This document shows positions 1-11,127 of a stretch of DNA of 64,000 nucleotides, piece after piece; the first letter of the stretch is position 1; every line of letters starts with the position of its first letter. The notes under the pieces were generated by a model. That model saw only the letters and a program-made list of their open reading frames with translations. It did no database searches and was not told the DNA's origin. The DNA comes from Gracilinanus agilis (lineage: Eukaryota): assembly GCF_016433145.1 (NCBI RefSeq), contig NC_058134.1:48404388-48468387 (forward strand), written 5' to 3'. A program made the position numbers and the translations under genes.

Positions 1-1050
1 AAAACTCTGACAGGGGTCTAATTACTCAAATATACAAGGAGTTAAATCAATTGTATAAAAAATCAAGCCATTCCCCAATTGATAAATGGGCAAGAGACAT
101 GAATAGGCAATTTTCAGGTAAAGAAATCAAATGTATCAATAAGCACATGAGAAAGTGTTCTAAATCTCTAATAATTAGAGAAATGTAAATCAAAACAACT
201 CTGAGGTATCACCTCACACCTAGCAGATTGGCTAAAATGAAAGAAGGGGAGAGTAATGAATGCTGGAGGGGATGTAGCAAAATTGGGACATTGATGCATT
301 GCTGCTGGAATTGTGAACTGATCCAACCATTCTGGCTGGCAATTTGGAACTATGCTCAAAGGGCTATAAAAGAATGCCTGCCCTTTGATCCAGCCATACC
401 ATAGTTGGGTTTGTACCCCAAAGAGATTATAGATAAACAGACTTGTACAAAAATATTTATAGCTGCACTTTTTGTGGTGGCAAAAAACTGGAAAAGGAGG
501 GTATGCCCTTCAATTGGGGAATGGCTGAACAAATTGTGGTATATGCTGGTGATGGAATACTATTGTGCTAAAAGGAATAATAAACTGGAGGAGTTTCAGG
601 TGAACTGGAAATACGTCCAGGAATTGTTGCAGAGCGAAAGGAGCAGAGCCAGAAGAACATTGTACACAGAGACTGACATACTGTGGTAAAATAGAATGTA
701 ATGAACTTCTGTACTAGCAGCAATGCAAAGACACAGGACAGCTCTGAGGGATTTACGGTAAAGATGCTACCCACATTCAGAGGAAGGACTGCAGGAGAGG
801 AAACATATAAGAAAAACAACTGCTGGAACACATGGGCTGAGGTGGACATGATTGAGGGTTTGGACTCGAAACTACCACACCAATGCAACTACCAACAATT
901 TGGAAATAGGTCTTGATCAATGACACATGATAAAACCAGTTGAAATGTGCATTGGCCATGGGTGGGGGGAGTGCAGGGGGTGAAGGGGAAAGTAGGAGCA
1001 TGAATCATGTAACCATGTTAAAAACGAATATTAATAAATGTTTTTAAAAA
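1..1050 (+). mobile_element. L1 (LINE-1) 3' end: C-terminal ORF2 remnant plus 3' UTR, marsupial type
   Basis: ORF 405-689 translates to the L1 ORF2 C-terminus (FIAALFVVAKNWK...SIGEWLNKLWYM...MEYYCA). There is an in-frame stop just upstream. The 3' UTR ends in AATAAA and an A-rich tail near 1033-1050. Confidence 0.92.
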
Positions 1051-1699
1051 ACAGAATGACATGGATATGGAAAATTGCATAGATATTCAAATGTTTTTCA
1101 ATGTCTTGTTTGGTTTTTGCCCATTTTAACTTCCTTTTTTTCTTTTAAAATATTATTTGTTATATGAGATAGCTCTTGGGAGAGAGAAAGAAGGCAAAGA
1201 TGGGGAAATTTGGGACTGCAAAACAATAAGCAATAAAAAATTAATTTTAAAAATAATAAAAAAAGAATATGCTTATTTTTAAATCTTCATTTTCAGTTAC
1301 ATTTAAGCACCATTTCTATAGTGAGCATAGTAATAACCTCCTATGCCCCAGTAAAAAATTAGATAGAAATACTTGAAGGGGCTAGTTAGACAAAGCCCCT
1401 TTCCAACAAGACCCTCTCCTAAGTCACCTTTCACACTTATAAACAAAATAAAAGGTTTGGCCATTTTGCAGTTAGAATGCTTCATATCTCCCTTTTAAGA
1501 GGAGAGGAAATGAATTTGCCATGCAGAAGCCACAGTTTTGTGAAGAGTATAAGCAGGAGCTTTTTAAAGTTTTTTTCTTAATTACATGAAAACTACAATT
1601 TTTATTCTTAAATTTGGAGCCAAATTCTAAACTTCCTCCCTCACCATGCTTTTTCTTTCTCTTCCCTTCTTCCTGAGATGGCAAGTAATCTAATGTAAA

Positions 1700-2340
1700 T
1701 TTTACATGTGAAATTGTGTAAAACATCTTTCAATGTGAGTCATTTGGTGAAAGAGAATTCAAATAGCCCCTTTCTCATTGTTTAAAAATCTCTTTGAGAT
1801 ACAGATCTAGTGGCAGTGTTGGGGAATCAAAGGATGCAAGTTTTAAAGCCCTTTGGGCATAGTTTCAAATCCCCAGAATAGTTGAATTAGTTCACAAGTC
1901 TGCCAAGGATGCATTAGTGTTCCAATTTTTCACATTCCCTCTATTATTTATTATTTTACTTTTCTTTCATGTTAGCCAATCTAGTAGATGTGAGATGGTA
2001 CCTTGAAAGTTGTTTGAATTTATAATGAAACAGTTTAGAACACTTCTTTTATGTGATTATACACAGCCTGGATTTTTTTTCATCTGAAAAGGCCTATTCA
2101 TATTCTTTCACTATTTATCATTTGGTTTATGATTTATATTCTCTTAGATCTAAGTGAAATAAGGCCTTTACTGAAAATACTTGCTGTAAAAAAATTTCCC
2201 CCAGCTCTATGCTTTCTTCTGATCTTGGTAGCATTGGTTTTATTTGTGCAAAACCTTTAAGTTTACTATAATAAAAATTCTCCTTCTGTAATTCTTGCTA
2301 TCTTTTGCTTGGATATAAATTCTTCCCTTATCTAGCAGGT
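1700..2340 (-). mobile_element. Degraded L1 ORF2 fragment
   Basis: Reverse-complement similarity to L1 ORF2 3' region motifs (ccctttgggcatagtttcaaat..., gcattagtgttccaattttt). Boundaries approximate. Confidence 0.65.
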
Positions 2341-2694
2341 AGATTATTCTATGTTAAATTGGAGCTTTCTTAAGACTGAGAAGTTTGTTTTGTTTTATTG
2401 GCAAAGGATAGAGGAGGAAAGAAAGTATCTAGAGGTGTTTTGTTTTCAAGATTTGATAATAGGGAAATCCTAGTCAATGACTCTCCCTGATGGCTGGTAC
2501 TAACCAAAGAGTCCTTTTAAAAATATTGTCAAATGTTGGCTGTTACCCCAGGTCAAAGTATGTCAAATCCCAAACACACAAATACATACAATTAGAATTA
2601 CAGTTCTCCCAAAGGTTCCCCAAAACTCCAAATTCACATTGACCCTTTTTTCCCCTTTAGAGTGAAAAAGAGAACATGGTTACACTAGTGATGA

Positions 2695-3402
2695 GATTTC
2701 TTAATAATAATTACTTGTAAATACATATATTAGAAATACTTACTCCAACTTTTATTTATGACATTTCTAAAGCACTTTCCCACCTCAGACCTCATTCACT
2801 GTTAGCAAGATGTTAGGAATTCCTGTGCTTTCCTACATGAGTCCCCATCCTCTGGGGATCTTAAGAAGGACAGTGGATGGGTCCTCTGGCATGAAGGGAG
2901 GTAATAGTCCCATTGAGTGGAATATGTGTGATCTAAAATCTGGTGGGATTAGAGATGTAATCACAGAAGTAGGAAACAAGGGATCAGGAATCACTGTTGG
3001 AGGACTGATGGGAGGGAGAGTAAAATAACTGGCAGAGGTTCCTGCTTCAGCTATTGAAGGAGGAAGAGCTCTAGGGAGTTCTGGATCTGGCTCCAGCTTA
3101 AGTCCAGAGTCTGAGGTTCCTTCTTTTTCCTTTTCTTTTCCTCTGCCTACCTGCAAACTTGCCCATTTCACATAAAGCTTTGTCCCCTTTACAATGAGTT
3201 TGTTGAAGGACTTCTCAGCAGCCATCTCTGCAGCTTGCTTGGCAGCAAACTGGATGAAAGCCCAGTGTTGCCTCTGTCCAACTATTTATTACCTTTAGGA
3301 TCTCACCGAACTGCTCCAAGTGATTTCTGAGCTCACTTTCACTGATGGCATCTCCCAGGCCGCCCATATAGAGTGTAGTAATGGTCTCATCAGCTGGTGG
3401 GT
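2695..3402 (-). pseudogene. RBM22: RBM22 processed pseudogene, copy 1 (RRM, proline-rich C-terminus and 3' UTR)
   Basis: Minus-strand translation reads [34 protein letters not shown]..(frameshift)..[53 protein letters not shown]..(frameshift)..[12 protein letters not shown]. This matches human RBM22 ([31 protein letters not shown]...[13 protein letters not shown]...GKEKEKDGTTDSGIKLEP...DPQRMGAHAGKH). No introns; frameshifted. Confidence 0.9.
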
Positions 3403-3416
3403 GATAGGTGACTGGG

Positions 3417-3710
3417 TGTGAGGGCCAGATAATCAGGGGTTAAACCTTCCAGTAACAGCCTCAGAGAAAGAAAGAGAGAGAATTGGCTATACTGGGAGGC
3501 CAGCTCCTTGCAAAGGAATGATAGTGAAAGAAAGAAAAGATTGATAGATAGATAAAGAACAAGCAACTGAATGGCTGGAAGAGGTAAGCTGAGCTAGTAA
3601 ACACAGCACAGTGATTTGTAGCTAGGGCTACCATTTATTATGACAAAGAGAATATTTTTATAGAATATACAATTTTAAGCATTACATCATTTAAGAGGAG
3701 TGACTCTCCC
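3417..3710 (-). mobile_element. Possible LTR fragment between RBM22 copies 1 and 2
   Basis: On the minus strand it reads TGTGGG...AATAAA...CTCACA, with TG/CA ends and a polyA signal. No clear target-site duplication (TSD). Confidence 0.35.
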
Positions 3711-3731
3711 ACAGAATAACGTTTATGACCA

Positions 3732-4960
3732 GATTTCTTAATAATAATGATTGGTAAATACATATGTTAGAAATATTTACTCCAACTTTTAGTTATGACA
3801 TTTCTAAAGCACTTTCCCACCTCAGACCTCAATCACTGTTAGCAAGATGTTAGGAATTCCTGTGCTTTCCTACATGAGTCCCCATCCTCTGGGGATCTTA
3901 AGAAGGACAGTGGATGGGTCCTCTAGCATGAAGGGAGGTAATAGTCCCATTGAGTGGAATATGTGTGATCTAAAATCTGGTGGAATTAGAGATGTAATCA
4001 CAGAAGAAGGGAACAGGGAAACAGGACTCACTGTTGGAGGACTAATGGGAGAGAGTGAAGTGGGACACCTGAAAAATGACAAACACTCAGGTTTAGAAGT
4101 TTTAGGGACCTTTAATAACCGCTTGACCAGGGAATCCTCCATAAGTAAGCACAGAACATATATAGGAAAATAAGTTGGCGGAAACTTTCCTTGGTGCGCA
4201 TTCCAAAGGATAGGATTGGTGTGTTCAAAAATATACATTCCTTAAGCAAGCAAGCAAGCACTTTCTCAGAATCAAATGTGGTGCTGTTAGCAACTAGGAA
4301 GGGTCAGGCAAGTGGACAGAAGGGAAGTGAGATGAGAGGTTGGGTGAAAACCCAGCTAGGTTCCCATGAGGGGCCCATAAGGGGCTCTGTTAATTTTTAG
4401 TCTTCTCTGCTCCATTACAGGAGATTAAAATAACTGGCAGAGGTTCCTGCTTCAGCTATTGAAGGAGGAAGAGCTCTAGGGAGTTCTGGATCTGGCGCCA
4501 GCTTCAGTCCAGAGTCTGAGGTTCCTTCTTTTTCCTTTTCTTTTCCTCTGCCTACCTGCAATCTTACCCATTTCACATGAAGCCTTTTCCCCTTTACAAT
4601 GAGTTTGTTGAAGGACTTCTCAGCAGCCATCTGTGCTGCTTGCTTGGCAGCAAACTGGATGAAAGCCCAGTGTTGCCTTTGTCCAATTATATATTACCTT
4701 TAGGATTTCTGATTTCAGTCTCACTGATGGTATCTCCCAGGCCGCCAATATAGAGCCTCATGAGAATTGTCTTATCAGCTGGTGAGTCCAGGGGAAGCAT
4801 TGTTGAAGCCTGGTTTTAGAAGCTTCTCTGCTACAGGATCCTGAATCCCACAATAGGCCATCTCTGATGTTCTGAGCAGCAAGAGGATCTTCAGGGCCTG
4901 GAGGCTTCTCCTGTCTGTATGGACACCTCTCTCCTCTTTATAAGTCTCCTTTCCCCCTTC
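3732..4960 (-). pseudogene. RBM22: RBM22 processed pseudogene, copy 2 (CCCH finger end to 3' UTR), split by a solo LTR
   Basis: Translation reads [91 protein letters not shown]. The 3' part and flank are highly similar to copy 1 (2695-2815 vs 3732-3852). Confidence 0.9.
4056..4419 (-). mobile_element. Solo ERV LTR (364 bp) inserted into RBM22 copy 2
   Basis: Minus strand TGTAA...TTCA with a TATA-like run and ATTAAA. It is flanked by a 4-bp TSD with one mismatch (4052-4055 agag / 4420-4423 ggag). Removing it restores RBM22 sequence colinear with copies 1 and 3. Confidence 0.85.
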
Positions 4961-5139
4961 TTGAAACACCTGCAAACAACGGGGCACTAGCGAAACACCA
5001 CAGATTTTTTAAAACCACTCCACAAAAGTTTTCTAAGTCAGAATGATTGCAGAATAGGAATTTATAAAAATTACCAACATAGAGAAAGTCAAGTTTCACT
5101 CTTCTTCTGTGTCTTTACTGGCCAATGCCAGGAATTTGA

Positions 5140-5290
5140 GGTTGGGTTGGTCATATCCTTTGCCCACTTATCAATTGAGCAATGACTTGTATTCTTATAT
5201 GTGAATCATTTCTCAGTGTATTTGAGAAATGAAGCCTTCATTAGAGAGACTTGCAAAAAAGAGTTTGCACCATGAATAAAATAATCTTCA
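5140..5290 (-). mobile_element. Short L1 ORF2 fragment
   Basis: atatcctttgcccacttatcaattg is close to the reverse complement of the L1 sequence at window positions about 70-100. Confidence 0.55.
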
Positions 5291-5994
5291 TATAATAGTA
5301 ACTTAGAACAGTGTTCATTCCCTCTATTATTCTCTTATCATCTCTGAAGGTTTCTTATTGCTGTTTAGTCACCTCTTACACCAACCAGTCCCTTACCTTT
5401 TGGGGTAGGTATTGTCGGAGCTTGGAAAAGAGTCTGGATTGAGTGTCAAACTAGGGCCAATGGGCACAAATGACAAGAATGAAGGAAAAATGAGGGAAAA
5501 AATTTCCAATAATTAATACTATTCATAAAAGGAATGAGCTTTCTCAGATGGTAGCCTCTCCTGCTTAAGAAGCATCACAATTCTTTCTTGCTTCTTGGAT
5601 ACAATACAGACACTGCCATTTCACTTTTCAGGGCCTTCACAATAGGACCCCCAGCTTTTTCAGTTTTCCAGTTTTCCAGGCTCTTGTTACATTTCCTTTC
5701 TTCATGTCCTTCACATTCCATTCAACTGGACCTACTTTCTAGTTCTGTCATGTTTTCTTCCATTTTCCATCTTAGTATCTTCATTCATGCCAGCTCCAGC
5801 ATTAATTCCTCACCTCTGCCCCATAGAAAGTCTAGTTTCTTTCAGAACTACGTTCAAGCAATACTTGCTCCAAGATTCCTATCAGTACCACCCTCCAATG
5901 AGAAATGACTGTCTCACTTGCCTTGGCTGAGGTTCTGGGTTGGGGAATGCCATCTGTATTTTTAAGGCTGTAGACCACCAGAATGAGTTCTGTT

Positions 5995-7030
5995 ACTGTT
6001 TAAAAACTATTTATTCCAAGTTTTGTTCCTTACATTTTTAAAGTACTTCATCACCTAAAAGCCCAACCTGGGTAGCAAGTTGTTGGAGATGCCTATCCTT
6101 TCCTAGAGGAGCCCCCATCCTCTGGGGATCTTGAGATGAATAGTGGATGTATCCTGGAGCTGGCATGAAGGGAGGTAGGCGATGGTCCCATTCTGTGAAA
6201 TATGTGTGATTTTAAATCTGCTGGGAGTGAAAGTGCAATCTGAGGAGGAGGGGGCAGGTCAACATGAACCCCTGCTAGAAGACCAGTGGGAGGGAGATTA
6301 AAATAACTGGCAGCTGCTGGAAGAGAAGGAAGAACTCCAGGATTTCCTGGAACCAGCTCCAGCTTAAGTCCTGAGTCTGTGGTTCCTTCACTTTCTTTTC
6401 CTCTGCCCATTTCACTTCAAGTCTTCAATCCTTTACAACAAGTTTGTAAAGGACTTCTCAGCAGCCATCTCTGCAGTTTGCCTGGCAGCAAACTGGATGA
6501 AAACCCAGGGTTGCCTCTGTCCAACTGTGCCTCTGTTACCTTTAGGATCTCAGGAATTGCTCCAAATGATTTTTTAAAACCCTTATCTTCCATCTTGGAA
6601 TCAATACTGTGTATTAGTTCCAAGGCAGAAGAGTGGAAAGGACTAGGCAATGGGTCAATTGACTTGCCCAGGGTCACACAGCCAGGAAGTGTCTCAGACC
6701 AGATTTGAACCTAGGACCTCCCATCTCTAGGCCTGGTTCTCAATTGACTGAACCACTTAGCTGCTCCCTCCAAGTGATTTTTGAGATGAGTTTCACTGAT
6801 GGTATCTCCCAGGCCACCAATATAGAGTGTGGTAATGATCTCTTCAGCTGGTGAGTCCGGAGGAAGCATTGTTGAAGTTCATTTTACAAGCTTCTCTGCC
6901 ACCAGATCCTGAATCCCATAAAAAAGATCTCTGATGTTCTGAGCTGCAAGAGGATCTTTAGGGTCTGGACGCTTCTCATGTCTGTATGGACACTTCTCTT
7001 AAGCAGTCCACAGGAATCCTCTTTTATTTC
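5995..7030 (-). pseudogene. RBM22: RBM22 processed pseudogene, copy 3 (most divergent), split by a SINE
   Basis: Translation reads [54 protein letters not shown]..[SINE]..[42 protein letters not shown]. The 3' UTR has AATAAA near 6010. Weak similarity may extend 5' to about 7090. Confidence 0.88.
6575..6767 (-). mobile_element. SINE1_Mdo-type tRNA-derived SINE inserted in RBM22 copy 3
   Basis: Full SINE body with a 15-bp TSD: ctccaaatgattttt (6560-6574) / ctccaagtgattttt (6768-6782). Confidence 0.9.
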
Positions 7031-7157
7031 ATCATCTCAGATGCAGAAATCACTAAATTTCTTTAGAAATTTGCATAGTAAGATATGCCACCTTCATTTT
7101 GAAAACCCCAATTTCCTAATTATTTCAACTTCTTTAAAGATATTAGCCCCAGAAAAA

Positions 7158-7760
7158 TCAGAAAANAACTCCAAGGAGAAACTTAAGGACTTTGATTATG
7201 ATATTCATGTCTTCACAATCATCCCCCTTTCCTAAGGATTTTCCCAGTGCCTCTAATTCTTCAATAGTGGTGTTTTCTTCATGGACCTTCAGGTCATTCT
7301 GTGTGGCCTTTTCTCCTGGTTCTTGACCAGCAACCATTTCATTAAGGTACTGTTGATCAATCTTATCCAAAGCTGCCTTCAAGTCATTCCTTAAACCCTT
7401 GTTAACCTCTTGTGTGAGAATCTCTATCTTTCTTAAACGTTGAAATGCCTCATAATCAGTTTCTCCAAACAATCTAACTGGTTGTCCTCTTTCTCTTAAC
7501 TGCCTGATGACCTCATGCCTTGAAAGAGTCACAGGTGATTTTTCCTCTGCCATTTCCAGTTCTAATACTAGATTGGATGAAGGTAATGGTTTCTGATCCT
7601 TCTCTTTTTGCTGTACCTTGTAGCCACATCTTTCAAAGTATGCTTCCTCTTCTTTTTTGGAAAGTTCACTCTGTTTGAAGTATCTTTTATTTTCCCCAAG
7701 CAGCTTCTTGTCCTCCACCAGCTTCCGCTTCCTTGAGATCTCTGCTTTAAGGATATCCAT
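7158..7760 (-). pseudogene. PRPF18: PRPF18 processed copy: N-terminal 198 codons open, 3'-truncated (lacks the C-terminal Prp18 domain)
   Basis: [21 protein letters not shown]...[31 protein letters not shown]...KFLLGV aligns without gaps to human PRPF18 residues 1-198 (roughly 80-85% identity by eye against the remembered sequence). It is intronless. Similarity stops at a single N at 7166, followed by TGA. Confidence 0.93.
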
Positions 7761-7815
7761 CTTTGTCTGCCCTGTAGACCTCCTGTCAGTCTCCTTGACC
7801 CCACACAGGGATTTC

Positions 7816-7938
7816 CCCTCTTTCTTTAGCTTCCTTTAAAAGCTGTTCCTCTGTGATCTGTGCTTCAGCAGTGGTTTTGTTTTTCACCTTAGCCACTTTG
7901 GGGATCCACTGCTTTCTGGCTAAAATGGAGGCTGCCAA
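7816..7938 (-). pseudogene. CRNKL1: CRNKL1 (crooked neck/Syf3) 5' processed fragment fused upstream of the PRPF18 copy
   Basis: 7938->7819 translates (TTG)[39 protein letters not shown] vs human MAASTAAGKQRIPKVAKVKNKAPAEVQITAEQLLREAKER. The start codon is mutated to TTG. This frame stops at 7786-7788 and is out of frame with PRPF18. Confidence 0.88.
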
Positions 7939-8019
7939 GTTTTCCAAGGTGGGCCTGCAAATCTTTCCGAGATGGCTTCAATTTGCTGGTTCTGTCCCTT
8001 AAACTCCAGGGAAACTGCT

Positions 8020-8480
8020 TCCCATAACCTCTGGTTAGCTCAGAAGCCCCAGACAATTCTAAACTGGAACTCCCAAATGCCTCTTTTTATACTGCATCCT
8101 GGATGCTGGATCTACTAAGAGACCACTGGAGTTCACACCTAGGAGGAGTTCACACGTAGTCACTTGTGAACTTTGGGAAAGTCACTAGATAGTAAGCTCC
8201 TTACTTATCGCCTGTCAGCTGAAAGAAAGATGGGTTGTGAGTTTTCACCCTTCTTTTTTAGAAACTCCAAAACACAAGTCAATAGGGAGGTGTGATTCTC
8301 AGGTAAATAGCAGCAGATATAATATAAGGCCAATGACTTCTTGTGAGGTTGCTTTCATGTTCTAGGAATGTCCCTTGAAACTACACTAAGGATTCTTTGT
8401 TCTTACTTCTCCTTATTCCTGAGCTATGTCATCCAAGATTATATTAGCCAAATTATGTTGAATCTGACTTCAACAACCAC
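8020..8480 (-). promoter_or_regulatory. LTR-like promoter segment pointing at the CRNKL1-PRPF18-RBM22 array
   Basis: TATAAAAAG on the minus strand at 8083-8091, preceded by tandem GTGAACTCC motifs (8128-8154) that I recall from opossum ERV LTRs. No polyA signal or U5 follows; boundaries approximate. Confidence 0.5.
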
Positions 8481-9240
8481 TGAAACCCCAAGATCTTTCT
8501 CTAACTACTGTTTAGCCAGATCTCCCCCATCTTGATTTTGACTTGTTTTTATAGTTAAAAACAACTTCCTTGAGAAAGAAAACATAGTGCACATAAAAAT
8601 GTGGGGAAAATAACCTTTCCACATAAAGACAGTCATTGGTGTACCAGGAGCCATTATACTCAGTAACATAGTCTAAAATTTTAATTCCAAGGTGACTTTT
8701 CCCCATCTCCAAACCTCTGGCCTTGTCAGAACAGTAAGGCAAGTTCAGGGGTCTAGATTTTGAGTCCCCTTGAATCATGGAGAATTGTTATTTGTGAAGA
8801 AGAATGGCAAAATCCCTTACTTACAAACAATATAGGCAGAGAAAACTGGGACGCTGAAAAAAAGTTCTTATATTCTACTGGCATACTATCTAATAGAACC
8901 CCAAACACAAATGTATTGATATTTGCTGCATCTGACTTAAAAAAAACAAACCTCCCAATATGGCAGAAGTGCTCAGGAGGGACATTGCTGTATCTAAACT
9001 TTCCTCTGAGCTCATGGAAAACTTAATTTCAATGAAATTCACTGGAAGATATTATTAAATATATTAAGGTGGTTGTGATTTGGATCAGCAATGATAAATG
9101 GTACTTCAAAATCATAGAAATACTTTGAAATTCTTTTTTTTTAATAGTGCTTTTAGATCTGATCTTTACTGGTTAGCAAATATTAGAATTAGAATATAGA
9201 AAAGTATATGTCACTCTGTGCTTTCTAAGCTACTTCTAGC

Positions 9241-9606
9241 TGGTAAGGACTTGTTTGAAATTAAGGGAGTGGGGAGCACCTGAGCTAACTTGAAGGCTGT
9301 TATGGCTTGCTTTCTTTGGTTTACAAGGATTTACAAGGCTGAGAGGACATACAAGCACCCAAAACAACTTTAAATGTCCTACAAACAGGCCATGGGAAGG
9401 AACATTATCCAGGGGGCACTGGGGATCTTTGTACTCTTTCTCTGCCCTTTCCCCTGTAATACCCCCTGCAACCTTCATGGGAGGAATAATCTGAGGGAGA
9501 GTGGAGAGTTCCCAGGAGAAGGGCCATATTGCAGGCCCATAATAAATGTAGCAATATGAAATCCTGTTTTGGATTTTCCATCTCCATGGCTACATTATCT
9601 GTTACA
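9241..9606 (+). mobile_element. Probable solo LTR
   Basis: TG...TGTTACA ends, a TATA-like TTTAAA and AATAAA near 9540. It is absent from the paralogous block at 17195-17770. No TSD found. Confidence 0.45.
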
Positions 9607-9744
9607 TCCTTGAATAAACACCTTAAGATGAAGGAGTTTGAGATGCAATTCTTTGGGAAGAATCAGCATTCTTTTTCCCACAACAAAACTCATTCTTCTA
9701 CAACAGTTACATTTATGTTGAGTAGTGAATCAGTAATAGAATTG

Positions 9745-10218
9745 CTTTACTGAAAGCAAAAAAAGACTTCAATAGTTCTTTCTGTGGAGGTAGATAGCAT
9801 TCTTTGTCATATATCCTTCAGAATTGTCTTGGATTATTATATTAATGAGAGTAACCAAGTTTTTCATACTTGATCTTCCCACAATATTGTCCTTACTGTA
9901 TGTGTTGTTCACCAATTTCTGCTTATTTTGTTATATATCAATTTATGTAAATCCATCCTTCCAGCTTTTCCTGAAAATATCCTGCTCAGCATGTCTTAAA
10001 GAACAGCAGCATTCCATTGCCATCATGTACCACAGTTTGTTTAGCCATCTCCCAATTGCCTTCAATTTCTAATTCTTTGCCACCACAAAAGAACTACTAT
10101 AAATATTTTTGTACAAGTCTGTCCTACCCTATGCCCTCTCACACCTTTTTTTAAAATCTCTTTGGGATGCAGAACTAGTAGTGGTATTTCAGAATTAAAT
10201 TTATGTACCGTTTTATAG
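9745..10218 (-). mobile_element. Old L1 ORF2-end/3' UTR fragment
   Basis: ggaggtagatagcattc..., ccacagtttgtttagccatctcccaattg..., typical of the reverse complement of a marsupial L1 3' end. Confidence 0.75.
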
Positions 10219-10569
10219 TGTTAAAGGAAATTCCTTGTTCTCTTTGAGTTAGTAATTGTGAAAGGGAACCCCTTAGTCTCCTTGCCTAGTCAGATGAAGC
10301 AGGGGCAGGCAATCCCTCCTAGACCTAAAATGGATTCCTTGCACACTGCCATCATTTTCCCTTTCTGGGCTCACATCACACCTCTCAAGAAACTAGTGTC
10401 TCTTCCACATTGGTGGAGGAATAATGGACACACTGAGTTGCTTGAAGCCCTGGTATGACACTCACTAACTATCTCTGTCTTTGCCCTATCTCTTTGGCCT
10501 CCCACCTCTCCCTCCTCCCAAGGAGGACTCTTTAGCTCTATTGGAGAACAAAAAGAAGGATGGAAAGAC

Positions 10570-10720
10570 CAGGCAGAGCCAAGATGGCAGACAGGAAACA
10601 GGAAAACTGGAAACCTCCATGAGAAACCACCCCCCACAAAATGGAGATTCATGCCAATTCATCCCACAAAACTAATACTGGACTGAGTGCGAGAACCAAC
10701 AAGGGGATGGAGCTGGGAAA
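10570..10720 (+). mobile_element. L1 5' UTR-like fragment inside the duplicated unit (second copy about 13820-13970)
   Basis: GAGCCAAGATGGCGG start motif and tgccacaaaaccaatactgga...cagaagcaacaaggagatggag resemble remembered marsupial L1 5' UTR sequence. Confidence 0.45.
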
Positions 10721-11127
10721 GGAAATTTCTTTATTGTAACTCAATCAAGTAGTTAGAGAGCTCTACCCTTTGAATTCAATCAGCCAGAAACTCCTGAATC
10801 CTCCCTATGAGAGTTTATCACTACCAAAGGAGGAGAGGTGGATCCCACAGGCACTGTCCCCTGCTTGGGCAGTGCTGGCCAAATTGGGAGACTGCACCTG
10901 GTTCCTGGGAAGAGGGGGAGAGACAGGAAGTGACCTGCACAAAGGGGATGGCAGGCCAAGACCAAGGACACCTTCAGGCCCTCTGCCTGGGTGAGCTGAG
11001 CTAAAGAGAGATTCTGGGAGGCAGTCCACTCTTCCTGGAATCGGCTCTGGAGAGGCTTTCAGGCTGAGGGGCTGGAGCTCTGGGCAGGGTCTGCCCTGGT
11101 GGAACTCTGGCTAAAGACACCACTTGC

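Noticed and set aside
405-689. 94-aa ORF as a host gene
   Set aside because: It is the L1 ORF2 C-terminus, with an upstream in-frame stop.
7158-7938. In-frame CRNKL1-PRPF18 fusion protein
   Set aside because: The frames differ. The CRNKL1 frame stops at 7786-7788, the PRPF18 frame has TAA at 7836-7838 upstream, and the CRNKL1 ATG is TTG.
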